From contig NC_086097.1 in assembly GCF_963921235.1 (NCBI RefSeq), positions 224,504,001 to 224,568,000 of the forward strand: 64,000 nt of DNA, in the 5' to 3' direction. The notes below the pieces were generated by a model. The model worked only from the letters and a program-made list of their open reading frames with translations. It was not told the DNA's origin and searched no databases. The stretch is from Mobula hypostoma (lineage: Eukaryota). Of this stretch, positions 1-14,050 are shown piece after piece (within the stretch, counting starts at the first letter, position 1; each line of letters opens with the position of its first letter). The position numbers and the translations under genes were made by a program.

Positions 1-79
1 TCAGGTGCAGCTGTGTCAAAGTTTCAAAATTTCAATCTTCTAGGCTTCACTGCCAACAGCTGTCAATGTTGGCAGTTGA

Positions 80-510
80 TCTATTGGTATTGGTATTGGT
101 TTATTATTGTCACATGTACCAAGATACCAGGAAGAGCTTGTCTTTCAGTCCTGATGAAGGAACTTGGCCTGAAGCACTGACTGTTTATTCCTCTGCAAAG
201 ATGCTGTCTGATCTGCTGAGTTCCTCCAGAATTTTATGCTGTTGCTCTTGCTTACTGTTCATGCAGATGAACTCATTGGACAGTGCATTGAGGTAGATCA
301 AGGTAAAACAATGATAATGCAGAATAAAGTGTAACAGCTGCACAGGAGGTGCAGTACAGGTAAACAGTATAGTGCACGATCATAACAGGGCAGATTGTAA
401 AGTCAAGAATCCATTGAAATGTGCAAGAGCTCCATGCAAGAGTCTGATAACAGTGGGACAGAAGCTGCCCTTTAGCCGAGTGGTAAGTGCTTTCAGGCTT
501 TTGTATCATC
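80..510 (-). mobile_element. Rex1/Babar-type LINE 3' UTR remnant with (ATTGGT)n tail, interrupted by a PLE end fragment (146-250)
   Basis: Microsatellite tail plus tttattattgtcac; shares the gaagctg...ttcaggcttttgta segment with the Rex-like elements at 3500 and 5170. Confidence 0.5.
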
Positions 511-629
511 CGTCTGGGGTTGGTTGGATTTTCTTCCGTTGATTTGTCTTGCATGCAAATTTTAGTCACAACATTTCGCTGCAAGGATCTTAATAAATCC
601 GCTTTCTTAGATTGAATGAAGTTTGATTG

Positions 630-2391
630 TTGTTATCAGTACTGTTCACTCGGTTCATGCATTACAGATGGCATCAGTCTTCACTGAGGAAGACATCAGC
701 AGTATACCAGACACTCAAGGGTGGCAGGGGAGAGAAGTGTGCACACTCACAATTACGACAGCGAAAGTACTCAGGAAGCTGAATAGTCTAAAGGTAGATA
801 AATCTCCCGGACCAGATGGAATGCACCCTCGTGTTCTGAAGGAAGTAGCTGTGGAGATTGCGGAGGCATTAGCGATGATCTTTCAAAAGTCGATAGATTC
901 TGGAATGGTTCTGGAGGACTGGAAGATTGCAAATGTCACTCCGCTATTTAAGAAGGGGGCAAGGAAGCAAAAAGGAAATTATAGACCTGTTAGCTTGATA
1001 TCGGTGGTTGGGAAGTTGTTGGAGTCAATTGTCAAGGATGAGGTTACAGAGTACCTGGAGGCATATGACAAGGTAGGCAGAACTCAGCATGGATTCCTTA
1101 AAGGAAAATCCTGCCTGACAAACCTATCACAATTTTTTTGAGGAAATTACAAGTAGGCTAGACAAGGGAGATGCAGTAGATGTTGTATATTTGGATTTTC
1201 AGAAGGCCTTTGACAAGGTGCCACACATGAGGCTACTTAACAAGATAAGAGCCCATGGAATTATGGGAAAGTTACATACATGGATAGAGCGTTGGCTGAT
1301 TGGCAGGAAACAGAGAGTGGGAATAAAGGGATCCTATTCTGGTTGGCTGCTGGTTACCAGTGGTGTTCCACAGGGGTCTGTGTTGGGGCCACTTCTTTTT
1401 ACATTGTACATCAACGATTTGGATTATGGAATAGATGGCTTTGTGGCTAAGTTTGCTGACGATACAAAGAAAGGTGGAGGGGCCGGTAGTGCTGAGGAAA
1501 CAGAGAGTCTGCAGAGAGACTTGGATAGATTGGAAGAATGGGCAAAGAAATGGCAAATGAAATACAATGTTGGAAAGTGTATGGTTATGCACTTTGGCAG
1601 AAGAAATAAATGGGCAGACTATTATTTAAATGGGGAAAGAATTCAAAGTTCTGAGATGCAACGGGACTTGGGAGTCCTCATACAGGATACCCTTAAGGTT
1701 AACCTCCAGGTTGAGTCGGTAGTGAAGAAGGCGAATGCAATGTTGGCATTCATTTCTAGAGGAATAGAGTATAGGAGCAGGGATGTGATGTTGAGGCTCT
1801 ATAAGGCGCTGGTGAGACCTCACTTGGAGTACTGTGGGCAGTTTTGGTCTCTTTATTTAAGAAAGGATGTGCTGACGTTGGAGAGGGTACAGAGAAGATA
1901 CACTAGAATGATTCCGGGAATGAGAGGGTTAACATATGAGGAATGTTTGTCCGCTCTTGGACTGTATTCCTTGGAGTTTAGAAGAATGAGGGGAGCCCTC
2001 ATAGAAACATTTCGAATGTTGAAAGGCATGGACAGAGTGGATGTGGCAAAGTTGTTTCCCATGATGGGGGGAGTCTAGTACGAGAGGGCATGACTTAAGG
2101 ATTGAAGGGTGCCTATTCAGAACAGAAATGCGAAGAAATTTTTTTAGCCAGAGGGTGGTGAATCTATGGAACTTGTTGCCACGGGCAGCAGTGGAGGCCA
2201 AGTCACTGGGTGTATTTAAGGCAGAGATTGATAGGTATCTGAGTAGCCAGGGCATCAAAGGTTATGGTGAGAAGGCGGGGGAGTGGGACTACATGGGAGA
2301 ATGGGTCAGCTCATGATAAAATGGTGGAGCAGACTCAATGGGCCGAATGGCTGACTGCTGCTCCTTTGTCTTATGGTCTTATGGTCTTATG
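630..2391 (+). mobile_element. CR1 LINE, 5'-truncated ORF2 (RT) pseudogene with 3' tail
   Basis: [57 protein letters not shown]; frameshifts at poly-T ~1135 and poly-G ~2070; (TCTTATGG)n tail. Confidence 0.95.
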
Positions 2392-3496
2392 AAGGAATTT
2401 CCGTTCTTCCCCTCACACTACTTCTGGTTAACTTGTTATCAGACAGGGATCACTCCCCGTGTTGAAGTACCAGCAAGTGTCAATAGTGTGGCCCATCATT
2501 TCTCTGCTTAATAGTCCTCTGCTTGAGTACAGGGCTCATGGATTGGGGTCCTGAGATTCACAGGAAAATCAGATTGTCCTGATGACACATTTGGAGTGGG
2601 TTGCACCTGATTGCTAAGACTGAGAGCACCCAGTCCCTGTTGCCTCTTCTGTGTCTTTCTCGAACTTAAGAAAGCAGTGGGTCTCCCCAATATTGAATTT
2701 GAGCAGGAGGCAACAGGTGTTGATGAAGCATGGTCGGCTGTCCGGAGAGAACTACAGGAAGCTTCTGGAAGCAATGCAGGTTCTGGATGTGTGCCCTGAT
2801 TATCTTGATAGTATTCTCCAGTGGAATTCTGGGAGACTCATGGCCACTAACACGCCATGTAGTGTTCTGAGCTCCTCTTCTGAGCCCAGAGTTCAACATG
2901 AAGGCATATTTCCCTGACAATGCACATCTCTGACTGTTGATGAACCTTTTATTCTTGGGTCACTTGCGTTGCCTGTGATGTTTTAGCCACTGCTTCTGTG
3001 AATTCCTATCACAGCACCTCCTTGGCTTTGACTTCTGTTCATGCTCCGGATGATGCAGCTGAGGGCTGTCTAAACCTTTCTAATCCGCGTATCTGTCCAA
3101 AATGCTTTTTAAACATTGTCTTTATACCTGCCTCCGCCACATCCTGCAGCATATCATTCCATATACTCACCACACTTAGTGTGAAAAGCTTTCCTCTTAG
3201 ATCCCCGTATTACAATAAGTTCCAGACCAGTTTCCTGCACCATGCCAATCTAATAGAATGGTTGCTAATTGAGATTAGTTTGGAAGAACATTGATTTTCA
3301 ATCAGCTCGATGCCAATTTTTTGACATCACGACTACATCAAGCACTAGCTTTTCCACTCTCCATTGCAGACCAATGCTCTTAAATAAAAAATAAGACCTC
3401 TCTTATTTTTCTAAAAATAAGAAACAACTCTCTAAACAAAAATGAAAATCACAGAAAGCAGTAAGAACACCAAATTGATTCATTCTTTCTTTCTAA

Positions 3497-4260
3497 GTCA
3501 GAATCTGAATCAGAATCAGGTTTAATATCACCAGCATATATTGTGAAATTTGTTAACTATGTGACAGCAATGCAATACACAATAGATACAGAAAAAATAA
3601 ATTAAAGTAATTATATACATGTATATTAAATAGTTAAGTTAAAATAAATAGTGCCAGAACAAACAAACAAATAAAAAAGTAGTGATGTAGTGTTCATGAG
3701 TTCAATGTCCATTTAGAAATTAGAGGGCAGAGGGGAAGAAGCTGTTCCTGAATTGCTGAGTGTGAGCCTTCAGGCTTCTGTACCTCCTTCTTGATGGTAA
3801 CAATAAGAAGAGGGCATGCCCTGGGTAGCGGGGGTCCTTAATGATGGGCATGGCCTTCTCGAGGCACTGCTTCTTGAAGATGTCTTGGATACTACTGAGG
3901 CTAGTACCCACGATGGAGCTGACTAATTTTATAAATTTAGCAACTTACTTTGATCCTGTGCAGTTGCTCGACTCCCCTCTCCCCATATCAGACAGTGAAG
4001 CACCCTGCTCTCCACAGTACGTCTGCATAAGTTTCCAAGTGTTTTAGGTGACAAACTAAATCTCCTCAAACTCCTAATGAAACATAGCCACTGCCTTGCC
4101 TTCTTTATAGCTGCATCAATATGTTGGGATCAGGTTAGATCCTCAGAGATCTTGTCAGCCTGGACCTTGAAGTTGCTCACTCTCTCCAGTGATCCCTCTA
4201 TGAGCATTGGTTTGTGTTCCTCATTCTACCCTTTCTGAAGTCCACAATCAGCTCTTTGGC
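3497..4260 (-). mobile_element. Rex1/Babar-type LINE 3' fragment
   Basis: Minus-strand C-terminus IIKDPRYPGHALFLLLPSRRRYRSLKAHTQQFRNSFFPSA; (AGAATC)n tail. Confidence 0.8.
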
Positions 4261-5400
4261 CACTAGTTCAAATGACATTTAAATGGGTAACTCTGTAGAA
4301 TTATACATCTGGTTATATGAATAAATGGACAGGACAGCACAGTGTCTGAGAGAGCCAAACTGGCGAGGCAGTTCAATTTTTAGTCTGAGTTGGATGACGT
4401 TGAGTGGCAATTGAAGCATATCACAATTCATTTCAATATGCCTGTGCTTGGGAAGGAGAAATTAATCAGAGATTCTATTCTTGATTACCGTCCACCCTCT
4501 CTCAGCTCATTTGCGCCTTACCACCATCTTCAAAAGAGAATTACCCTGAACAAATTTTCAATTCTCACATTAGTCATCCTATTAACCTCTGGAGCATATT
4601 GCCAATTTCCTGCCACATGCTTGAGAAATATCATGTTTTGGATTCTTGGCCATTATAAACATTGCTGAACTTGACTCTGTTCAAACTTACTTCACTTGGG
4701 AAACACAGAGTTTCCAGGGAGCTGTGTTTCATCTCACAATGGTGTGCTGATGGCAATGTAGATAACAGAAACAAAATGATGGTATGAAAGGTTGCTATAA
4801 CAATAAGCCTTCCTTGCCTTCTCTTTCACATGAGATTTACTGCAATCCTGATTTGATTCTTCCAAACAAATTGCTCTGAATTTTAATATAAAAAAGTAGA
4901 AAAATATTGTAAGTCTTTTCAAGGCTTTCAAGGCTTTTCAATTCCACATGGCCATAAAGCAGACAATATATTCATGGAAGTACCATGGAGGTCAGAGGTC
5001 AGAGATGTGCCATTTTTGAAATTCATGCAATGTGGTGCACAATGAATTATTCTGCTGCTGCGTTGGAACTTACTGTGGTTATGTCTGCAAAGATTGATTC
5101 TCAAGTCACAAGAACAGAATGGGACATTTAATCCCTTGAGGTTGTTTAAAAATTTCAACTGGTAAAAATGATCATTTGATTTATGATTGTCACATGCACC
5201 AAGGTATGGTGAAAAACCTACCTTGCATTGTTCATACTGATCAATTCATTGAGTAAAACAATAGCAGAATGTAGAAAAGTGTAAACTCGAGAGATTCTGC
5301 AGCTGCTGGAAATCTTCAGCAAGACTTTAATCCTAAAACAATAAGATGGACTCACTTCACTTTCACTGTAACTAAATAATTTATCCTGCATTCTTTCACA

Positions 5401-5795
5401 ACACACACAAAATGCTGGAGGAACTCAATAAGTCAGACAGCATTGATGGAGAGGAATAAACCCATTTGGGTAGCCTCCAAGCAGATGGCATGAACATTGA
5501 TTTCTCTAATCTGGTAATTTCTCCTCCATCCCTCCTTCTATCTTTTTCAATTGCTCATTCTTGTTACCCTCTCACCCCTTTTCTTCTCCTCATATACCCA
5601 TCAACTCCCTTTGGTCCCTTCCTCATCAGCTGGCTTCACCTATCACCTGCCAGCCTGTAATCTTTCCCCTCACCTCACCTTCTTATACAAATTTCTTTTC
5701 CCTTCCTTTCAAGTCTCGGCCCATAACATTGGCTATTTATTCCCCTCCATAGATGCTGCCTAACTTTGCTGAATTCCTCCAGAATTTTGTGTGTT
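5401..5795 (+). mobile_element. Penelope-like fragment with inverted terminal segment, inside a Rex-like 3' UTR
   Basis: Encodes LGSLQADGMNIDFSN (GIY-YIG C-terminus); 5401-5460 is an inverted copy of ~5735-5795. Confidence 0.75.
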
Positions 5796-6624
5796 ATACA
5801 AAAGAATCCAGATTAATTTATAAAGCTACAGAGAAAGTGAAATGAGTCCACCTTAATGTACGAGGGGACTGTTTAATAGTCGAATGACTATGGAGTAGAA
5901 GCTGTCCTTGATCTTGCAGTACATTCTCTCAGGCTTTTGTACCTTCTGCCCGATGTTGGCGGGGGTATGGGGGAGGTGTGGTGGGAGAAGAACAAATGTC
6001 TGGGCTGTGGGGGGTCTTTGTTTAATTAATTTGGCTGCTTTACTGATATTTAATTAAATCTTGGATCCTAAACCTTTCTGATGTATTCCATGCCATACAT
6101 CAAAAATACACGTTTGTAGTTGCAGAGAGGACTTGCAATCCATACTCAGTACTTTGTTACACTACTTCCCCAAGCCTACCTCTCCCAGATCTGGAAGGCT
6201 GAAATATTTAAAACATGTTAAAATAGGTTAAAAAAAACAAAATTTAAAAATTCACCACTTTACTCCAGCAGTACATTTGAGGTTTCCGCCACTGAGCAGG
6301 GCTTGCTAACCTCATTGGAACTTACACTGATAAATACCAATAGTTCTATACAAGTAAGTTTCAGGCCATTGTTATTCATTGATTAGCCAATGCTTATTGT
6401 GGCTGGTGCTTTACAGTTCCAATGTAATATGCTTAATGATAGAATAATCTTGAGAAATGTGATGTGCTGTATTTTTGGAAGTCAGATAGGGATAGAGCAT
6501 ATACAATAAAAGTTAGGGCACTAAGGAATATTGATGAACAGCACTGGAGTTCAAGTTCACAGTTCTCTGAAAATGGTAATGCAGGCAGATTGGGTGGTGA
6601 AGAAGTGACCCAACCTATGAAAGC

Positions 6625-7305
6625 CTAACGTCACATGAAGCTGCAGGAATCGATAACATACCCAGTGAGGCGCTGAGGGACTGTGTGGCCCAGCTACAGA
6701 TATCTTAATGGTCATCTTTAATATCTCACTGAAGCAGTCAACTGTCCCTGAAAGCTTCAAGGCAGCCACTGTCATTCTGGTGCCCAAGACAGCAATGGTA
6801 ACTGGCCTAAATAATTACTGCACGGTGGCACTGACTTCAAGAGCCAAGAAGTGTTTTGAGCAGCTGGTAATGGATTGTATTAAATCCCGCCTTCCAGCTA
6901 AATTGGACCCTTTCCAGTTTGCCTACTGCTCAAACCATTCCATTGATGATGCCTTTGCCTTGGCCATACACTCTGTCCTGCCCCACCTAGAAAACCATGC
7001 TTTGTATGCCAGCAACAGGAATTCTGCAGATGCTGGAAATTCAAGCAACACACATAAAAGTTGCTGGTGAACGCAGCAGGCCAGGCAGCATCTCTAGGAA
7101 GAGGTGCAGTCGACGTTTCAGGCCGAGACCTGAGACCTCTTTGGAATTGGATCTTAGAATTCTTGATGGAAATTCAGTCTGGATTGGCAGCAACATCTCA
7201 AGCTCCATTATGCGGAGCACTGGTGCCCCCAGGGCTGTGTGCTCAGTATGCTGCTGTACACGTTGCTGTCTCTCGATTGCACTGCCAGTTTCAGCTCGAG
7301 CTGCA
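6625..7305 (+). mobile_element. Rex1/Babar RT fragment, flanked by CR1 remnants, with a PLE end inserted at ~7013-7130 (minus)
   Basis: IFNISLKQSTVPESFKAATVILVPK...VALTS..KKCFEQLV...LDPFQFAY; the insert matches the PLE tail at 57270-57387. Confidence 0.8.
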
Positions 7306-9689
7306 TCATCAGAGGCTTGTCAAATGTGGTAGTGGTTACAAAACAAGAAGGCATAAATTTAAGCTGAGAACAAAGAGTTTTAAAGGGGATTTGAAGGAAA
7401 AGATTTTGACTCAGGGAGTGGTTGATACCTGGAACTCACTACCAGAGGAGGTAGTGAAGTGAGATGCAATTACCAGCTTGAGAGCTATTTAGGTAGGTTC
7501 AAATAGGAAAAGCACAGAAGAATAAAAAGATATGGCCACAAATAGAATTAGTATAGACAGGCAAAGCAGTTGGCATGTGAAAGTGGACCAAAGGGCCTTT
7601 TTCAGTGCTGTACAACCTTATGACTTAATGATTCTAATATTAGCTTGAAATAACATTAATGCTCCTACATTTTTAAAACAAAATGTAACTTCACATATTG
7701 AACCACATAAACTCAATGACTTTGATAAGATGCTGTACTTCACCTCAGAAAGTTTAGGGTTTCCTGAAGCATGCCTTCGCAAAGCTTGAATACAATGCAG
7801 CAGGAGTTCTCTTGCTCACCTTCTTAACCAAAAAAAAATTGCAAGTGGCACCTTGCTCTTCCTCCGAGTTTTTGGAACAGAATTCAGCATTTTGAAATCT
7901 TAGTGTTTTGATTTTATTGTTTTTATGACTCTCATGGAGACAACTTTGGATTTGTACTATTCCATGGGGATGTTTCCATCAAACCATACACTGATGGCTT
8001 GGCTTTCAGTGCTCTTCACTTTGTGCCCATAATGATTAAGAAGAAAATCCAAATGTTATTGCACTTGAAGACCTGTTCCCTTTTTGACAGTGTTTATATT
8101 TCTTTTTTCAGGCAGTCTCTCAGGATTGAGAATGACTCCTCTCTACTCCGGTTTTGTACGTTTTGAGGTGACTAATGAGTCACATTAGGAGGCCAGGGAT
8201 CACCACTACAGTGTGGACCATGAGTCTTCTGCCAGGTCTGAGGTCTTGATCTTCAAATACCCTTCACCTCAAATTGATGAGCACATTGAACGGGTGGTAA
8301 GCTTCACCACTGATGCCTGGAGGTAGTTCACAAGATATGCAGACTGGTCCACATTTTGCAGATTGTCATTGTGAATTTTCACTGTTGGACTCAAAATTAT
8401 GGAATTGTGGCAGATTATTGGAGGGTCTTTGCTCTTCCAACTCAGATTACCCAAATTTACATAGTCAATGCACATTATTAAAGTGTCAGGAGTATTTGCA
8501 TATACAGCAAGCTGTACTCCAAGCATTTTTGCACTTCCATTAAGGCGCTTATACAGACACTATCATACTGAACATCAACTATCTCAATGCAAGTTTCAGT
8601 AATCTTGGTTCAGGAGTGTAACTCTTGTAGACTGATCACGGTGCTAGGTTATATCTACTTCTGCATTGTTTATTAGTGGTGAGATGCAACTATGTCGCAA
8701 AAAAGTGTTGGAACAATGATGGAATCTAATTCTCCAACAACTTGGACCATGGTAAGCTTTAAAACAGGAGGTTTGAAAAGAAATTTGGAATTTAAAGGTA
8801 GCTTAATCAGAAGAATTTTGAACGTTGGTGTCACAATCATGGACCCTGCCACGGAGTCAGGGCACTCCTGCAGGTGGGCGGCTGAAAGAAGACACCAATC
8901 ACGTCCCTGAAAGTGTACACCTTCCAGCCAATTAGGGTTTCTTTGTAATCGTATTTAACTCTCTTCCTTTTGCCTCAGACTTGTTTGAAGCACAGATGAC
9001 AACATTCCCTTAGTCCATGTTGTGGGAAAGATGAATAGTGACTTAGACGGATGCTGTTAAAGGAGCTGCATTAAGTTAGCTCCAGGTGACTGCTTTCGAG
9101 CCTCAGTGAAGGCGATAGGTTTTAGTTAGTCTGACAGTTTTTAGTTAGCTGCCCTCTTGACCTTGTGCTTATTATTTTCCTTTATTCTGAGCAGTTCATA
9201 TTAAAACTTAGTGAGCTGTTCATTTCATGTCTAAGTTTCTCCCTCTGCCCTTGGGCCATCGCTGAACTACTGTCAGTTGGCCAGGAATGCATTGACAAGA
9301 ATTGTGCAAATACATTTTTGGGAACCATAACGATGGAAGGACAAAGTGGAAAATATTTTCTAGACAATAGTTATTTGAATTCAGGTACATGGGAAATACT
9401 TTGCAAGAGCTCAGAGCTGGCACTCCAGCCATGGAGTCAGTAATCTGAAGACTGAAGCTTCACTTCAGGACTTGAATATAATGTCTGTCAATAATTCAAA
9501 ATAGTCTGCAGAGCTTATCTACCGCTTTAGAACTGACAAAACTGGAGTGGGTGCAAGTCATTATTTAAGATTGTCGAACAGGTTGAAGGAGAAAAAGGTA
9601 CAAAGGGTGTGCTGCACAGTGGGGAGTGCCGACGTCTGGCTCTAGAATCAAACTGGAATCCCCATTCCCATCTCACATGGAACACAAGG

Positions 9690-11760
9690 CACTTTTATAG
9701 GGAAATAAAGGCTTCTCAGTGCATTGGTCAGTAATTCCTTTTCTTCTTTGGAGACAGTTCTTCAGGATGCATTTGAGTGGGGGTGGGGAAGGCGGTGGTG
9801 GTTCAGGAGCAGTAGTCTCCTCCACAGGTGATGCAGGACTTGCCAGGCAAGACACGCAGGTGAGTAGTTTGTGAGCTGGTGTGCTCCTTCTGTCTTACGT
9901 GTGCTTCTGATGCCTGGCTTCGAGGTTCTCAGCACGATGCACAAGTTCCCAGATGTCTGTGCAGACGTCGCGTGTCTTCAGGGAGGCATTCAGCACATCA
10001 TTGAATACTTTTCCCTTTCCCTGCCTGGTAATTTCTATGTGTGACAGAATTTGGAACTGAGTGCTCAGGAGCCTGATGTCAGGTATGTGGAAGATATGGT
10101 GAGTTCAATGGAGCTGTGAGTGTAATAAAAGCTTTAGTCCTGGGGAATGTTGGCTTTGGAAAGGACATTGATATTGGTTCACTTCCAGTAAATTTGGATA
10201 ACAGTGCAGAGACAGCACAGGTGGTGACCTCTTCGATGCCATGAATAAAGTCAAGGTCTCAGGAACACATAGGAAAGCAGGACCATTGTTGCTTGCTAAT
10301 TTTGTTCCATGTCTGTGATCTTTTTCTTCAAAAAAATGTTTTCTTGATAGAGCAAATGCTTTGAAGATATTGGTGAACTTTATCATCAAAGTCTGCCTTC
10401 ACTGAGAGGTGATTTCTCAGATATAGCACGTTTTCCAGGGTCTCATCATGACCTTTATTGATGGAAGATAGTGTTGACAATGGAAGCAGGTTGTTTGGAA
10501 GATCTTTGGTCTTGTACGTTCCAATGAACAAGTCAACAATGGACTGAAGCTTGGATTCCAAAGGCATAGTAATGGAAGGTGACTGAGGTTTCGGTGATCT
10601 TGGTCTTGGGGTCCTGCGATCATTCAGTTTCCCCTTTGTTTCTCTTCTACAGGAGGTTAATTAGAAGCTAGCTGAAATATTGTCAAAAGGTTAAGAAAAG
10701 TTTTTAAGAAGTGATATCAGTTTAATACAGGTTTTCATTGAGATTAGATGTGTTCTGGACCTGTTGTTTCCAATCATGACCTGTATGCAGTCATGAAGTA
10801 AGCTTAAACCTTCTGTGTGAAATCAAAGTTGAGGAGGTTGTTCACCAGGACCTTTCAATTGATGGAGTCAAAGGCTTTAGTGATGTTGAAGTGGACCACA
10901 CACAGTGACCGGGTCTGCATTTCTCTTCGACTTCGTGTGTGGTGATGATCATGCCCTGTGTCCCTGTAGATTTATGAAACTGACTCTGCAATTCCAGGAG
11001 CATAAGGAGGACTTTGGTAATGGCTTACCCTGTGGCAAACAGCAGGATGTCCTCTATTTAGTTACCACCATTGGACTTGTCTTATCTCTTGAATGTCGTC
11101 AGTACTACAGCACCTTAGAGGTCCTCTCATATAACCTTCTCTTCCCAGAGGTAACCAATGAGATAGTGGAATCATGATGGAAGCTTTTTGGCTGCCGTGT
11201 TTTGAATTTCAATGTGGATACAATCTGCTCCCGAGGTTTGGTATGTCCTTTTCCACCTTTTGTTGTTCAGGAGTGTGAGTATGGTTGAAATGCAAAACTT
11301 GTTCGTATCAGGGAGACTATTGTTAAGGAGGTATTGGCTGTATTCCATCCATTGTGTGTTAATTGCCTCTTTTTCTAATGAGATTGCCACATTTACATAC
11401 TTCAGTAGGGCATAATCTTAATTGACTGGGTCATTGGTGGCTTTTAGAGAATCGAAGAACTCATGCATATTTTGGCTTCTCTGAGTTGCTGAGATTCCTG
11501 CGCTCTCTCCATCCATCATTGGTTCTTTAGACCACAGTTTTTCTATTGGACCTTTGCCTTCAGGAGCCCGTGGAGAAGTAAGGATGGAATTTCCACCCCG
11601 AGATCTCCTTAGGATGGCTTCTTGATCTCCTGGCCAATTGCTATTCTCAGAGGTTTTCATTGAGCTGTGACATTCTAATTTGTGAAAGTTCTTTATGCAC
11701 GTGGAGCCTCTTTTTCTGATTCAAATGTCCAAACCCTCATTCTTCTGGTAATGTGAATAG
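9690..11760 (-). mobile_element. Old, degraded RTE-like LINE
   Basis: Scattered minus-strand peptide remnants (NHLSVKADFDDKVHQYLQS, QTSGADCIHIEI, EFFDSLKA) resemble RTE ORFs; a similar remnant lies at ~8220-8560. Confidence 0.45.
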
Positions 11761-13272
11761 TTTATCTAAGGTTGTCTTTTCAAGGCAACATTTTTGAGCG
11801 ATTGACATAGCCAATAGCGAGAGAGGGACAATTTACGCTGACCTAGGGACGCAGATCTTGAATAAAATGATTTTTTAAAAAAAGCACCGATGGTAAAAAT
11901 ATTTTCGATTTTGGTTGTTATTATGTGGGTGGCAAAATAAACCAATTGGTCTAATCTTGGTTTGGAAATCCATTGACTGTTTAATTTTCAGCATAAAGAA
12001 AGTGGCTGAGGTAAGATTGCTCATCTCAATACTGATATTTGGATAAACTCCAGATTTACTATGGGGATCAGAGCAGTGGGAATAATTGATTTCCGCCAGG
12101 TTCAAATACGCTCTGCGGAATGTTTTGTTTTGGAGAATTCCTGTCCTTTGCCTGAAGCAATGATTGTCAACACGTAGATGTCACGGAAAAGAACGGCAGC
12201 CTCTTCACCAGGGTTCGTGCGTCACTTCACTCTCCGTATCCATTTGATCTGCAGCGTGAAATGTGACCCGGCTGAAACCGTGGCTCTTTGACTGAAAACA
12301 AACGTAGCGAACTGTGTGTATTGAAGTGGCAGTTAAAGATTCTGGCGCGCTTCTGAAACCAGAACGCTGCAAAGTATGGTTCTTTGCGGCTTTTACCGAT
12401 AATGTTAATTGCAGCTTCTTAGCGCTCTCTCTCTCTCTCTGTGTCAAGGTGTGATGTTTCAGCTGGAAAAATGCTTAAAGTCCTCCACCGAGGCTTCAAA
12501 TATTCCTCTAAAATACAGCCAGTCCTTTATACGCAGTCCCTGAAGTCCTTCTGCAATGCAAAGTGTAGCTTTCCTGCCCATAACACCTGCAAAATAAAAC
12601 TGGTTGGGACGTCGGTGCAGTATTATCTTTCTGTATCACTTGGGGGCAAATTTATTATTAAAGATTTACTGCTGTGTAGCGCGCTATTAATTCGAGATTG
12701 CTTGGCACATCATTCAGAAAGATTCGAATAAAGACAACGATTCAGCAGTCTGTCTCCCATAACACTTGTAAACTTCTAAAGCAGGTGGTGTTAGAAACAG
12801 TCTCGTTTTACAATCGACTGGACAAACAAAAGCTTTAAAACTCCGAGTTCATATCTTCTTCAGGTAAAATTGCACCTATCGACTTAATTTCCAAGACTTT
12901 AATAAAAGGTGTTTAATACACCAGTCTTGTGCGCCTTTTCACTATAAGATGACTACTCTCTCAGAACTATAATTTGGACCATTTCCGAAAACTGCGTTTG
13001 TAACATTGCTGCAGTCTTTCGAAACAGAGATCTAAAACACGGTTTATTCTTTGTACTGACACCACGTACAATGTTCTCCCCTGCCAGATCTCCCGATCAC
13101 ACGCACATGTGGTTTGGAACAGCTTACGATGAAGTCTGGCAAACACTGAAAAGAGGGCCAGTGAAGGAGGTGGGTCTCCAACTGATAATATACTGGCTCA
13201 GGGACCGTGAAGAGTTAAAGAGACACCATCATCAAGGAGAAAGTGCTTGCCTTCCTGGGTCGTTTTACCCAA

Positions 13273-13279
13273 TATAAAA
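13273..13279 (+). promoter_or_regulatory. Putative TATA box of PI15
   Basis: TATAAAA about 170 nt upstream of a consensus donor CAG|GTGAG (13451/13452), in a CpG-enriched, TE-free region. Confidence 0.6.
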
Positions 13280-13299
13280 GCACAATAACGGCAGTCTTA

Positions 13300-13451
13300 G
13301 ACCAGAAGAAACCCCTCTCACGTCTACGATTTCTCCAGCGTCACGTTACCGTTAGCCTTACCTCTCTCACATCGGAGGGCACTTTTCAAAATTCCTTCGA
13401 AACTTGGGAGGGCTCGGACTATATTTTTTGCCGATGACTGCAAAGCAGCAG
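13300..13451 (+). other. PI15: Putative first (5' UTR) exon of PI15; start approximate
   Basis: Lies downstream of the TATA box and ends at a strong donor GTGAGC; would splice to the acceptor at 13756. Confidence 0.6.
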
Positions 13452-13780
13452 GTGAGCTACATTTATCGTTACGTTAAATATATAATAAAAAAAATCAAAT
13501 TACAGGATCCAGCAGGCAGCCGATTTGCAGTAAGTGCAAATCCATTTATATTTCAGTTATCTGAATGTTTCTGTTTATTTGCAAATGGATATCGATATTA
13601 GAATGATATATAGTTAAATGTACGCATTGGTGAAAGGCACGAGCAGTTCCTCAGCCACGCTGATCTATTGAATTAACAAAGAAGATGGAAATTTTATATG
13701 CATACTGATCTACCTGCAAATATTGTTCTTTATTCAGTGTAACTTCTGATTTGCAGTGCTTCGCTTTTCCTTCGGCAACC

Positions 13781-14050
13781 ATGAGACTCTGCTCCACATT
13801 AAGTTTAATCAGGTTACTGTGCGCTCTCCAGGGAACAAGTGCATTTATTTCAGTTAATGTCAGCGACACGCTCCTTTCATCAAACTTCAGTGGGAAGGAA
13901 TTATCCTGGAGAAAATATCCGGGACCCGAGAATGTCCCTAAAACCAGACGGAGGCGATACATCTCCCAGAATGACATCTCGGCTATTCTCGATTACCACA
14001 ATAAAGTTCGAGGTCGCGTCGTCCCACCTGCTGCAAACATGGAGTATATG
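13781..14050 (+). CDS. PI15: PI15 coding exon 1 (MRLCSTLS...PPAANMEYM)
   Basis: Acceptor ttgcag ends at 13756; Kozak-like gcaaccATG at 13781; donor GTGAGT at 14051; phase 0. Confidence 0.95.

Noticed and set aside
146..183. Functional hammerhead (also ~27195-27225, ~28310-28338, ~35235-35272)
   Set aside because: Core nucleotides are mutated (for example GAAG for GAAA, or loss of the GUC triplet); treated as relics.
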